This document shows, one piece after another, positions 36,891 through 44,869 of a stretch of 64,000 nucleotides of DNA. Each line of letters starts with the position of its first letter. Position 1 is the first letter of the stretch. The notes beneath the pieces were generated by a model. The model searched no databases and had not been told where the DNA came from. It saw only the letters and a list, made by a program, of their open reading frames with translations. This DNA comes from Candidatus Omnitrophota bacterium (GTDB taxonomy: Bacteria; Omnitrophota; Gorgyraeia; VGKN01), in contig JAZDNB010000030.1 of NCBI GenBank assembly GCA_043800345.1, forward strand, positions 91 to 64,090. The letters are read 5' to 3'. Both the position numbers and the translations under genes were made by a program.

Positions 36891-37969
36891 TGCTCCTTAT
36901 ATTCTATATTTTGAGTACTGCTCGTATGTAAAAGCTTCTCGGAAAATTTATCTAATCTTTTTTCTGCCTCGTCATATTTAGATTTTGTGTTTGAAAGGTG
37001 TTTTCCGACCAGTTCAAAATCTTCTTTAAACTTGCCGAGTTCGGTGTGTAAACTTGCTAAACCGCTTATAATCTGTTTTGCCGATTTTTCTATTTTTAAA
37101 CCCTTTAATCCGAGGAGTATCACCTGTAGATATGCATAAAAACTATTCGGAGAAACCGGAATAACTTTCTTAGAAAGCGCATAGGAGTAGAGGCCCGAGT
37201 CTTCCGAAGACGTTTCATCCTTCACTATGGTTTCATAGTATACGTTTTCGGCAGGGATATACATAAGGGCAAACTCAAACGTCCCCTCATCGGGAAGGAT
37301 ATATTTCTGGGCTATGCTATCAATATGTTTTTTTACGTCTTGAATAAACTTTCTCCGTAAGGGTTTTTTTTCTTCCTCAGACTTTGCCTCTAAGATTCTT
37401 TTAAAGTTTTCAAGCGGGAATTTTGAATCAACGCTTACGAGGTATTGGCCTACTTTTATTACCGCATCCACTTTTTCTCCCGACTTAAAGGCATGCTGAG
37501 ACGCAAAATGTTCTATCGGCAAAATCTGGGCCAAGAGATTATCGAGTAAGAATTCTCCTATGCCACCTCTAAATTTTGGAGCACGCAGTAAATCCTGAAG
37601 GCTTGATATATCCTTTCCAACGTTCAAAACTTCCTTCACTCCCTCTTCAAGCCTTCCGAGACTTTTGTGAACATTGCCGATAACATTTGTCGCCGAGTCC
37701 AACCTGTCTCCTATTGTCTTATGGGCAGTCGATACCACCTGGGCTGTTTCTTTAAGCCGTTCATTTACCTGAGTTGCTACTGCATTCAGCTGCGACTGGA
37801 CCATATTTGAAACCTGATCAACCCGCTGGTGCAGCATTATAAGCGTTTGGTCAGATTCTTTTGACTGGGTTATATCTTTTAATTTCTTGATAAACGTTTT
37901 TATAAGAAGAAGCAGTGCCACTAACACGAGTAATAACAACAATACCGCAAAAAGTAAAAAAAGAGACAT
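36887..37969 (-). CDS. rmuC: DNA recombination protein RmuC
   Basis: 360 aa with an N-terminal TM helix, a coiled coil and a RmuC nuclease-like C-terminus (VDSKFPLENF...MYIPAENVYYE). Confidence 0.8.
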   Translation of the reverse strand: MSLFLLFAVLLLLLVLVALLLLIKTFIKKLKDITQSKESDQTLIMLHQRVDQVSNMVQSQLNAVATQVNERLKETAQVVSTAHKTIGDRLDSATNVIGNVHKSLGRLEEGVKEVLNVGKDISSLQDLLRAPKFRGGIGEFLLDNLLAQILPIEHFASQHAFKSGEKVDAVIKVGQYLVSVDSKFPLENFKRILEAKSEEEKKPLRRKFIQDVKKHIDSIAQKYILPDEGTFEFALMYIPAENVYYETIVKDETSSEDSGLYSYALSKKVIPVSPNSFYAYLQVILLGLKGLKIEKSAKQIISGLASLHTELGKFKEDFELVGKHLSNTKSKYDEAEKRLDKFSEKLLHTSSTQNIEYKEQ

Positions 37970-38005
37970 AAGGCTCCTTTGTAAAATAAAGACTATATAT
38001 TTTGT

Positions 38006-38476
38006 TTAACCACTATAGATTGCATTCACAAATCCTCTAATTTTGATATATTCACCGTGCAGAACCTCGGCTGTTTTGAGTATAAGCATACCGATTGGTT
38101 TTTTTCCGCATAACGCTTCCATATCCTTGAATGTCTTTTTACCACCAGCACCGCCCTGCGTACAAAAAAATGCTACAAGTTTAAATTTTTCCTTGTGCTG
38201 AATAATATACGTCCTCATAGCAGGGGTCATAGTGAAAGCCCAGACGGGAGTACCCAGTATAACAAGATCATATAGACCAGGGTCTTTCTGAGGGTTTTTT
38301 ATAACGGTAAGTTTTTTCGATGCGGCATCTGTGCCGGATTTTACATATCCTATAACACCGCTTCTATCTTTTGTATCGACTATTTCTTCGCAGTCGCATT
38401 TAAGAATACCGGCAATTGTATGTGCAACTTTTCTCGTCACACCTGTCCTTGAATAAAACACGACCACGTACTTCAT
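38006..38476 (-). CDS. Flavodoxin-like protein
   Basis: MKYVVVFYSRTGVTRKVAHTIAG...LGTPVWAF. Confidence 0.6.
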   Translation of the reverse strand: MKYVVVFYSRTGVTRKVAHTIAGILKCDCEEIVDTKDRSGVIGYVKSGTDAASKKLTVIKNPQKDPGLYDLVILGTPVWAFTMTPAMRTYIIQHKEKFKLVAFFCTQGGAGGKKTFKDMEALCGKKPIGMLILKTAEVLHGEYIKIRGFVNAIYSG

Positions 38477-38562
38477 TTTTAATTAAATGAGGGGTGAAGT
38501 ATACAACCTTAGGTCGACCAAATAATGTTCCAATCTCAAATTTTATTACATCACAATAACCA

Positions 38563-38641
38563 TGGTCGGGGCGGACAGACTTGAACTGTCGACCTCAGCG
38601 TCCCGAACGCTGCGCTCTAAGCCAAACTGAGCCACGCCCCG
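38563..38641 (-). tRNA. tRNA-Pro (anticodon CGG), CCA encoded
   Basis: The minus strand reads CGGGGCG-TG-GCTC-AGTTTGGCTTA-GAGC-G-CAGCG-TTCGGGA-CGCTG-AGGTC-GACAG-TTCAAGT-CTGTC-CGCCCCG-A-CCA. This is a complete cloverleaf with the anticodon loop TT-CGG-GA. Confidence 0.9.
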
Positions 38642-38760
38642 TCATACTCATCTTGAAAACTAAGTGGCGTCTCGTCCCCTTGTTTTGTGCATGTATTTTT
38701 TCTATGCACTGAGGGGAAACTGCGTCTCGTCACATGATAAATCAACCAGAGAAAAATTGA

Positions 38761-38832
38761 TTACTTTTTCGCCCTGTGAGGTTTTCCTGACATGCGTTTT
38801 CTGCGTCTTCTATTACGAATTTTCCGTGTCAT
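38761..38832 (-). CDS. Candidate 23-aa poly-basic small protein
   Basis: GGAGGA (38843-38838), a 5-nt spacer, then ATG 38832. The product is MTRKIRNRRRRKRMSGKPHRAKK-TAA. It lies between the HEAT-repeat gene and tRNA-Pro and is too short for the ORF track. Confidence 0.4.
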   Translation of the reverse strand: MTRKIRNRRRRKRMSGKPHRAKK

Positions 38833-38866
38833 TAGTATCCTCCGTTTATACCCAAATAATATTTTC

Positions 38867-40096
38867 TTAGATTTTTTCTAATGTAGCGATGGCACTTTTA
38901 AGAGCCGCCTTAACATTCTTATTTCTTTCCCTACCGAGCTGTTTGTTTAAATAGGGGAGTGCTTCTTTAAAACCGAGTTCACCCATAAGCTTTGCCGTAC
39001 TTTCTCTCGTCGCCCAGCGGTTATCATACAAACGGCTCTTTAGCAACTCTATAACGCTTTTGTCTGCTAATTCCTGTATCCCTTTTGCCGCCTCATTTCT
39101 CACCTTTATTTTGAAATTCCGAAGCGCCTTTACAAAATAAGGAACCGCTGATTTTTCTTTTATCTTCCTTAGCGCAGAAATGACCTCAACCTTTATATAT
39201 TTGTCATTAATCGATTTTAACAAAAATGCTGAGGCATATGGGTCAGCAAATTTTCCCAATGCAACGGCTGTTGAGGCACGCACGGATGAATCTTTATCTT
39301 TTAAAAGTTTGACGAGCGCAGGTAGACAGCTTTTATCTCCGATAGCACCAAGCGCTTCAACGCTTGAGCCCCTTACATGAAAATCTTTATCTTTAAGTAG
39401 GCGCATAAGATGAGGAACCGCCTCTTTTGAGCGTAACGCCTCTAATTCATTAACTGCATGCCTTCGGATATATGCATCTTTATCATTCAGCAGGCCGATA
39501 AGCACAGGCAGCGATTCGTTTCCCGTGAGTATTCGCAATGCGTTTGCAGCATTAATCCTAACCTGAGGATCGGTGTCTTTCAAGGCCTCAAGGAGATACG
39601 GGGATGCCTCTTTTCTTCCAAGCATGGTAAGTTTTACCGCTGCAAGCGCCCTGATATTTCTGTCTTTGTCTTTCAGATTTTTTACGTATTTGGCAAAATT
39701 AGCATCCTCTTCATTTTTTATTTCAGCAAGCGACTTGTCTTCCTCTGCCACCTCATCTTTGGAAAGCCTATAAAAAAATTTCCTTTCATCCCGTATCTGT
39801 TTCGGATTGATATTATCTGAGATAAAATCAATTGGAAAATATTCATATTTCGGCGCTTTTACTTTTTCAACGGTATATAATTCCCGATAACCTGCCTTGG
39901 CAACCCTTACAGACATATATCCGTAAGACGTAAATTCAAAACTGACAGGAGTGATTCCCTTGTCAGCTCCGTTAAAATATACCGTTGCACCCCGGGGATT
40001 GGAATCAATTGTTATAATTCTTTTGACACAACCGCTACTTAGGAAAGTTACACCCAAAGCAAATATTAGAGCTAAAGTAAATCGTCTTGCCATCAA
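38867..40096 (-). CDS. Lipoprotein with PEGA domain and HEAT repeats
   Basis: Lipobox FLSSGC, a PEGA-like segment IDSNPRGATVYFNGADKGITPV, then repeated LKD(K/T)D..VR..A..AL HEAT units. Confidence 0.7.
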   Translation of the reverse strand: MMARRFTLALIFALGVTFLSSGCVKRIITIDSNPRGATVYFNGADKGITPVSFEFTSYGYMSVRVAKAGYRELYTVEKVKAPKYEYFPIDFISDNINPKQIRDERKFFYRLSKDEVAEEDKSLAEIKNEEDANFAKYVKNLKDKDRNIRALAAVKLTMLGRKEASPYLLEALKDTDPQVRINAANALRILTGNESLPVLIGLLNDKDAYIRRHAVNELEALRSKEAVPHLMRLLKDKDFHVRGSSVEALGAIGDKSCLPALVKLLKDKDSSVRASTAVALGKFADPYASAFLLKSINDKYIKVEVISALRKIKEKSAVPYFVKALRNFKIKVRNEAAKGIQELADKSVIELLKSRLYDNRWATRESTAKLMGELGFKEALPYLNKQLGRERNKNVKAALKSAIATLEKI

Positions 40097-40118
40097 AACC
40101 GCTCCTAATTATGTTATC

Positions 40119-40385
40119 CTATCGTTTTCTTCTTAAATCGCCATATGGGTCTAATTTGTTTACTACGAACAATGCCTCTGCCACTTGTTTTTGTAAAGCC
40201 GCGACATCTTTTTTTAGTGCCTCTATTTCCTGGGTATGTTTCTCAAGCAAAGGTCTTGCTTCATATTCAAAAGGGGGTGTATATTTGATATTTTTAGTTT
40301 CAGCTATGGAATTTCTTTGATACACAAAAAAACTACATATAACTACCGTCATAAAAATCAAAATCAGAAATTGTTTTATACGCAT
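40119..40385 (-). CDS. Small membrane-anchored coiled-coil protein
   Basis: 88 aa with an N-terminal TM helix (FLILIFMTVVICSFFVY). Confidence 0.5.
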   Translation of the reverse strand: MRIKQFLILIFMTVVICSFFVYQRNSIAETKNIKYTPPFEYEARPLLEKHTQEIEALKKDVAALQKQVAEALFVVNKLDPYGDLRRKR

Positions 40386-40397
40386 AACAAACCTCCT

Positions 40398-41141
40398 TCA
40401 ATCTGTGTCAAATAAAAGCTGTTTTAAATATAAGGCATTATGTACTGCATATGCATTGTTATCGTTATTAAAATATATATACGTAGCGGATTTGTCTTTT
40501 AAAAGAAAATGTTGAATTTTTTTTGCAAACCAACAAAGTTCTTCTTCACTATAACAGGAACCATAGAGGGCTTCCGAACCGTGAAATCGCATATATGAAA
40601 AATCAGCGGTTTTTTCAAATACAACGGGGAAATTCGGCATGCTCACCGTACAAAATGCCACATTGTATTTCTTAAGAACTTTAAAAACTTCATTACAAAT
40701 CCAGCTTTTTTCTCTGAATTCTATGACTTTTTGCAATTTATCAGGAAGAACGGTAATAAACTTTTTTAGGGTAGTTATATCTTTGGAAAAAGTAGACGGT
40801 AATTGAAACAGTACGGGACCTAATTTATTTTCAAGTAAAGACATTCTTTTTAAAAATGATTGCAGTACATTGTGTGAATTTTTAAGCCGTTTATAATGTG
40901 TTATCAGGCGGCTTGCTTTTACGCTGAATAAAAACTCTTTCCCGGTATTATCTCTCCAACAATTCACAGCATTTTCGGAGGGTAAACTATAAAAGCTATT
41001 ATTGAGTTCAACCGTATCAAAATGGCGACAATAATAAGAAAGCAGCTCTTTCTTTGCTAAATCAGTTGGATAAAATTTGCCATACCAGTGCTGATAATAC
41101 CATCCGGACGTGCCAATATACACACTTCCAAATCTGTGCAT
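40398..41141 (-). CDS. DUF72 (UPF0759) protein
   Basis: YIGTSGWYYQHWYGKFYP...ELNNSFY. Confidence 0.8.
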   Translation of the reverse strand: MHRFGSVYIGTSGWYYQHWYGKFYPTDLAKKELLSYYCRHFDTVELNNSFYSLPSENAVNCWRDNTGKEFLFSVKASRLITHYKRLKNSHNVLQSFLKRMSLLENKLGPVLFQLPSTFSKDITTLKKFITVLPDKLQKVIEFREKSWICNEVFKVLKKYNVAFCTVSMPNFPVVFEKTADFSYMRFHGSEALYGSCYSEEELCWFAKKIQHFLLKDKSATYIYFNNDNNAYAVHNALYLKQLLFDTD

Positions 41142-41242
41142 CTAAAAAAAGATATTAATTTCTAATAGTCTACCACTTATGAAATTTGGAGTCAATAGAA
41201 ACGTTGTAACTCTAAATCCTTCTTTTTGATATGTACACATAG

Positions 41243-41280
41243 GTAAAAAATATAAAAGCATGGATAAAACCATGCTTTTA
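41243..41280 (-). terminator. Intrinsic terminator after the glycine-zipper lipoprotein gene
   Basis: Minus strand AAAAGCATGG-TTTTAT-CCATGCTTTT followed by ATATTTTTT, 52 nt after the stop at 41332. Confidence 0.7.
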
Positions 41281-41331
41281 TATTAATATTATCGTAATAG
41301 TATTGATTATAATAGGATTTTTAGAGCACTG

Positions 41332-41550
41332 CTACTTTTCTAAGACAAAATGCCCTATCGCAGCGCCGGTTGCTGCGCCCACAGCACCGCCTATTGCAAC
41401 TCCTGCCTCAGCCTCTCCAGACTGATATCCTATTATTGCACCTGCGCCTGCTCCAACAAGGGTACCTATAGCCGTTGCCTTCTGCGTGGTAGTGCAACCT
41501 GTCATACATAACAGGCTTATCACTACGAGAGCTATTACAACGTATTTCAT
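41332..41550 (-). CDS. Small glycine-zipper lipoprotein (OsmB/YMGG-like)
   Basis: 72 aa with lipobox LCMTGC and GxxxG repeats (GTLVGAGAGAIIG...GVAIGGAVGAATGAAIG). Confidence 0.75.
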   Translation of the reverse strand: MKYVVIALVVISLLCMTGCTTTQKATAIGTLVGAGAGAIIGYQSGEAEAGVAIGGAVGAATGAAIGHFVLEK

Positions 41551-41570
41551 CTTCCCTCGCCGCCTTTCCT

Positions 41571-41606
41571 AAAATGTAAAACCCACCATTTCGAAATGGT
41601 GGGTTT
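41571..41606 (-). terminator. Terminator-like hairpin (expression platform) about 25 nt upstream of the lipoprotein start
   Basis: Minus strand AAACCCACCATTTCGAAATGGTGGGTTT followed by TACATTTT. It shares CCATTTCG/CGAAA with the first aptamer-like hairpin. Confidence 0.55.
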
Positions 41607-41619
41607 TATCCCCTACTTC

Positions 41620-41767
41620 TGCGGTAGCCCAGCCGTCCTTTCCATGAGGACCCGAGGCTTTGCCCCGAATGCAACCTGTATCCCGGCTACGCTTCGGGGT
41701 CCCTAAGCACAATATCTAAAAACTTTTGCTTGTAGGACGTCCCATTCTTTCGAAATGGTTTGCCTTT
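41620..41767 (-). promoter_or_regulatory. Candidate c-di-GMP-I (GEMM-I)-like riboswitch with a 75-nt internal insertion
   Basis: Minus-strand block 1 (41767-41738) is AAAGGCAAACCATTTCGAAAGAATGGGACG. Block 2 (41663-41620) is GCAAAGCCTCGGGTCC-TCATGGAAA-GGACGGCTGGGCTACCGCA. Both resemble, from memory, the two halves of the V. cholerae Vc2 / GEMM-I core. This is a GC-rich island in an AT-rich leader. Confidence 0.45.
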
Positions 41768-41777
41768 ATCGCATCAT

Positions 41778-41945
41778 ATGAAGCTCCACGGCTTAATGGT
41801 TCGACTCCGCTCACCATCCTTCGAACCATCCTGAGCTTGTCGAAGGACAGCCGTGATTTCTAACTTTTCGGTCCGTGCCATATGGCACAGGCTCATGGAG
41901 CGGAATCCCGCCCGTCCCGTAAAGCGGGACTGGGTGCGGGATAAA
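41778..41945 (+). repeat. 118-bp three-hairpin repeat, copy 3 (with a 51-nt nested insertion and a 1-nt deletion)
   Basis: Same termini as the other copies. An insertion at 41797-41847 sits inside the loop of hairpin 1, and consensus T46 is deleted. Confidence 0.9.
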
Positions 41946-42095
41946 CTTTATATCTATTATTAATATAACATGAAATTTTAAAAACTCAAGGGAGGGCAAT
42001 GTTTCTAGGCGTGTGTGTATTACCGCGGAGCTATAGGTAATATGCGGTTTCACATCACCGCTTTGATGTAGTGATGGGGTTTTTACAATAACCTT

Positions 42096-42875
42096 TTAAG
42101 AAGCTATAGATTTTTTATACATATGTTCTACAATCCGCCGCGCCACCAGGTCTATTTGAGTACACATCGGTAACACAGAACTAATAAAAAATATCTGTTC
42201 TGACACATTATGGCGATCTTCAAGCTGAGATATTTTATGCAAAAAATCATCCAGAGGAACAACAGTCTCTAAATAATGTTTAAAGGTATATAATGTTAAA
42301 GAAAATAAATATTCTCCCATGGCATTTTTGCATAAATCGGCCTGCATACTAGCAAGTGTACAATCAATATTCATTTCTGCCTCAGTTGGCAACTCTTGTT
42401 TTAAAACGTGAAAGATTCTACATAGTATAATACCGCTTATCTCTGTCTGTGCTTTGTAAAGAACTTCCCGATATTTATCCTTGCTATGGCTTTTTTGAGC
42501 AAATTCCAGCTCCAGGTGCAAAAGTTTATTTTTTTCTATATCCTCAAATTCAGTATATGACATAAGGCTTATTTTCTCTAATTCTCTTGTGGAAATTACA
42601 CTGTTTGCCTGTTGTTGTTTTTTTGATGGGTCTATGTTCGAATAATATGCTAATAGATAAAGCTCTAAAAAGATACAATAGAAACGTCTGCTAAATTCAA
42701 AAATATATTTATAAGACCTTTGGAATTTCAGCAACGCCTCGTCTTTGAGTTGATATTTTTTTATCATCTTCCCGGAGACATATTTTGCAAGGCTTGCCTT
42801 TTCTAGCATCATTTTCTTAAGCACTTCGGGATCATCTACTATATATTCCATTTTGCGTTCTTGGCTTATATGCAT
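42096..42875 (-). CDS. Hypothetical helical protein (259 aa)
   Basis: ORF only; no recognised motif. Last gene of the rib-linked string. Confidence 0.5.
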   Translation of the reverse strand: MHISQERKMEYIVDDPEVLKKMMLEKASLAKYVSGKMIKKYQLKDEALLKFQRSYKYIFEFSRRFYCIFLELYLLAYYSNIDPSKKQQQANSVISTRELEKISLMSYTEFEDIEKNKLLHLELEFAQKSHSKDKYREVLYKAQTEISGIILCRIFHVLKQELPTEAEMNIDCTLASMQADLCKNAMGEYLFSLTLYTFKHYLETVVPLDDFLHKISQLEDRHNVSEQIFFISSVLPMCTQIDLVARRIVEHMYKKSIAS

Positions 42876-42881
42876 GCAAGA

Positions 42882-43079
42882 TTAATCTTTGGTCAATTCT
42901 CTGATTTTTTTCTCTATCAATTTTTGATGCTTCATTTCTTCGTTTAAAAGAAATAAGAATATATCTGATGCCTGTTTAAGCTTGGTTTTACTAGAAAACT
43001 TTACATACATATCATATGCCTCGGTTTCTTTTTCAAGAGCAAATTGCAGCGCCTCAACCGGACCGAATGGATTAGCCAT
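42882..43079 (-). CDS. Small ferritin/rubrerythrin-like helical protein (65 aa)
   Basis: ALQFALEKETEAYDMY...LLNEEMKHQKLIE resembles one E-x-x-H half of a ferritin-like diiron motif. Lies 15 nt after ribE. Confidence 0.4.
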   Translation of the reverse strand: MANPFGPVEALQFALEKETEAYDMYVKFSSKTKLKQASDIFLFLLNEEMKHQKLIEKKIRELTKD

Positions 43080-43094
43080 ATAAATCTCCTTTTT

Positions 43095-43739
43095 TTATGA
43101 AAACCCGTGTTCTTTCAAAAACGCTTCGGTAATAGTTTTTTTTCTCGGTATTGCAGAAAGGATGTTTTTTACATATTTACCGATACTATCGACTTCTATA
43201 TTAACTATCTCCTGCGGTTTTCTTATACCTAGGGTTGTCATATGCTTTGTAAGGGGAATAATATATACGGTAAAAGTACTTTTATTGTTTACCTCTGCTA
43301 CGGTTAAACTTATCCCGTCAATCGCTATGGAACCCTTAGGTATAACGAACTCCTTAAATTCCTCCGGGATCTTTACGGTAATCCCGATGCTATCTTCTTT
43401 TTTTATCTTATCTACAATAATCCCGGTGCAATCGACATGACCAGTCACGAGATGACCGCTTAAAAAACTCGATATTTTTAACGGCCTCTCGAGATTAACC
43501 TTATCGCCGACGGTAAGGAGTGGTAAATTTGTTCTCTCGAGCGTTTCTTTCATAATATCACAAAAAAAACTCTGTTTTTTAAGTGCATTTACTGTTATAC
43601 AAACACCGTTTAACGAAATACTATCTCCGATTGCAATATCTTCTAAAACTTTATGGGCTTCGACTTCAAGAAGAAGCGCTCCTCTGGAAGTTTTTAAACT
43701 TTTAATGCTTCCTAATTCCTCAATTATCCCCGTAAACAT
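43095..43739 (-). CDS. ribE: Riboflavin synthase (alpha chain)
   Basis: MFTGIIEELG... with two lumazine-binding repeats (GDSISLNGVCITV / GSIAIDGISLTV). Confidence 0.9.
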   Translation of the reverse strand: MFTGIIEELGSIKSLKTSRGALLLEVEAHKVLEDIAIGDSISLNGVCITVNALKKQSFFCDIMKETLERTNLPLLTVGDKVNLERPLKISSFLSGHLVTGHVDCTGIIVDKIKKEDSIGITVKIPEEFKEFVIPKGSIAIDGISLTVAEVNNKSTFTVYIIPLTKHMTTLGIRKPQEIVNIEVDSIGKYVKNILSAIPRKKTITEAFLKEHGFS

Positions 43740-43750
43740 ATCATTATCCC

Positions 43751-44866
43751 CTATACAAAAGCATGGATAAGAACATCATTATTAAACCGCTTTACTGTGA
43801 CATTATTAACTATAAGAGCATCTTTAATCTTCTTTATACCGCTTCCTTCAACCGGGGTGGGTGCATTTTTTCCCCCTATTATCTTCGGAGAGATAAAAAG
43901 ATATAGTTCATCAACAAGGCGCTCCTTGAAAAATGACGCTATGGTCGTACCGCCGCCTTCTACCAATATATACAACATCCCCTTTTGTGCAAGTTTTTTC
44001 ATAAGGTCCTTTAAATCAATAACACCGGATTTTGCTCTGCAATAGAGCAATTCCACGTTTGTCAAACGGGTAAAATACGTTGCACGTTTATAAGATGCTT
44101 TCTTTGTAGTAGCTATAATCGTCCTCGCCGGAGAGTTGGATGAAAAAATGTTGGAGGATAGCGGTATTTTAAGTTTTTCATCAAGTACAATTTTTATGGG
44201 CTGTTTTAACAATATGCGCTCCTTAGCTCTGCAGTCCAGCAACGGATCGTCCCGCAGTATCGTAGCGCGCCCCACTAATATTGCATCCGCAGAACCTCTT
44301 AGGCGATGAACAAAAGAACGTGAATATTCATTTGTTATCCATTTTGAATCGCCAGTCTTAGTGGCAATTTTTCCATCCAAACTTGCAGCAATTTTTACGG
44401 CCACATAAGGCAGTTGTTTCTGAATAAATTTTATGAAAGGGAGGTTTATCTTTCTTAGTTCATCCTCTAGTATGCCAAGTGTAACGTTAATTCCTGCTTT
44501 TTTCAAAACAGCAATACCCTTTCCGTTATTGAGGGGATTCGGGTCCTTCATGCCTATCACAATTCTTTTTATGCCATTCTTAACGATAGCATCCGTACAG
44601 GGCGGGGTCTTGCCAAAATGACAACAAGGCTCAAGGCTTACATACATAGTAACATTTGTTAAGTCTATGTGCTTCTTTTTTGCATCGTTAAGAGCCTCTA
44701 TTTCGGCATGGGCACAACCTGCTTTCCTATGATAACCTTTAGCAACAATTTTACCATTTTTAACAAGGACACAGCCCACGATCGGGTTGGGACTCGTCCT
44801 GCCTAATCCTTTTAAGGCAAGTGCCTTCGCCAATTTCATAAACGCAATGTGTTTATCGTATAACAT
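43751..44866 (-). CDS. ribD: Bifunctional diaminohydroxyphosphoribosylaminopyrimidine deaminase / 5-amino-6-(5-phosphoribosylamino)uracil reductase
   Basis: CAHAEIEAL ... LEPCCHFGKTPPC deaminase motifs plus a C-terminal reductase domain. Confidence 0.9.
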   Translation of the reverse strand: MLYDKHIAFMKLAKALALKGLGRTSPNPIVGCVLVKNGKIVAKGYHRKAGCAHAEIEALNDAKKKHIDLTNVTMYVSLEPCCHFGKTPPCTDAIVKNGIKRIVIGMKDPNPLNNGKGIAVLKKAGINVTLGILEDELRKINLPFIKFIQKQLPYVAVKIAASLDGKIATKTGDSKWITNEYSRSFVHRLRGSADAILVGRATILRDDPLLDCRAKERILLKQPIKIVLDEKLKIPLSSNIFSSNSPARTIIATTKKASYKRATYFTRLTNVELLYCRAKSGVIDLKDLMKKLAQKGMLYILVEGGGTTIASFFKERLVDELYLFISPKIIGGKNAPTPVEGSGIKKIKDALIVNNVTVKRFNNDVLIHAFV

Positions 44867-44869
44867 CTT

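Noticed and set aside
41797-41847. GGTTCGACTCC inside the nested insert resembles a tRNA T-arm (GGTTCGAnTCC), which suggested a tRNA-derived fragment or att site.
   Set aside because: The flanking bases do not form a T-stem (AATGG versus CCGCT) and there is no acceptor stem or CCA context. The resemblance is limited to the loop-like heptamer.
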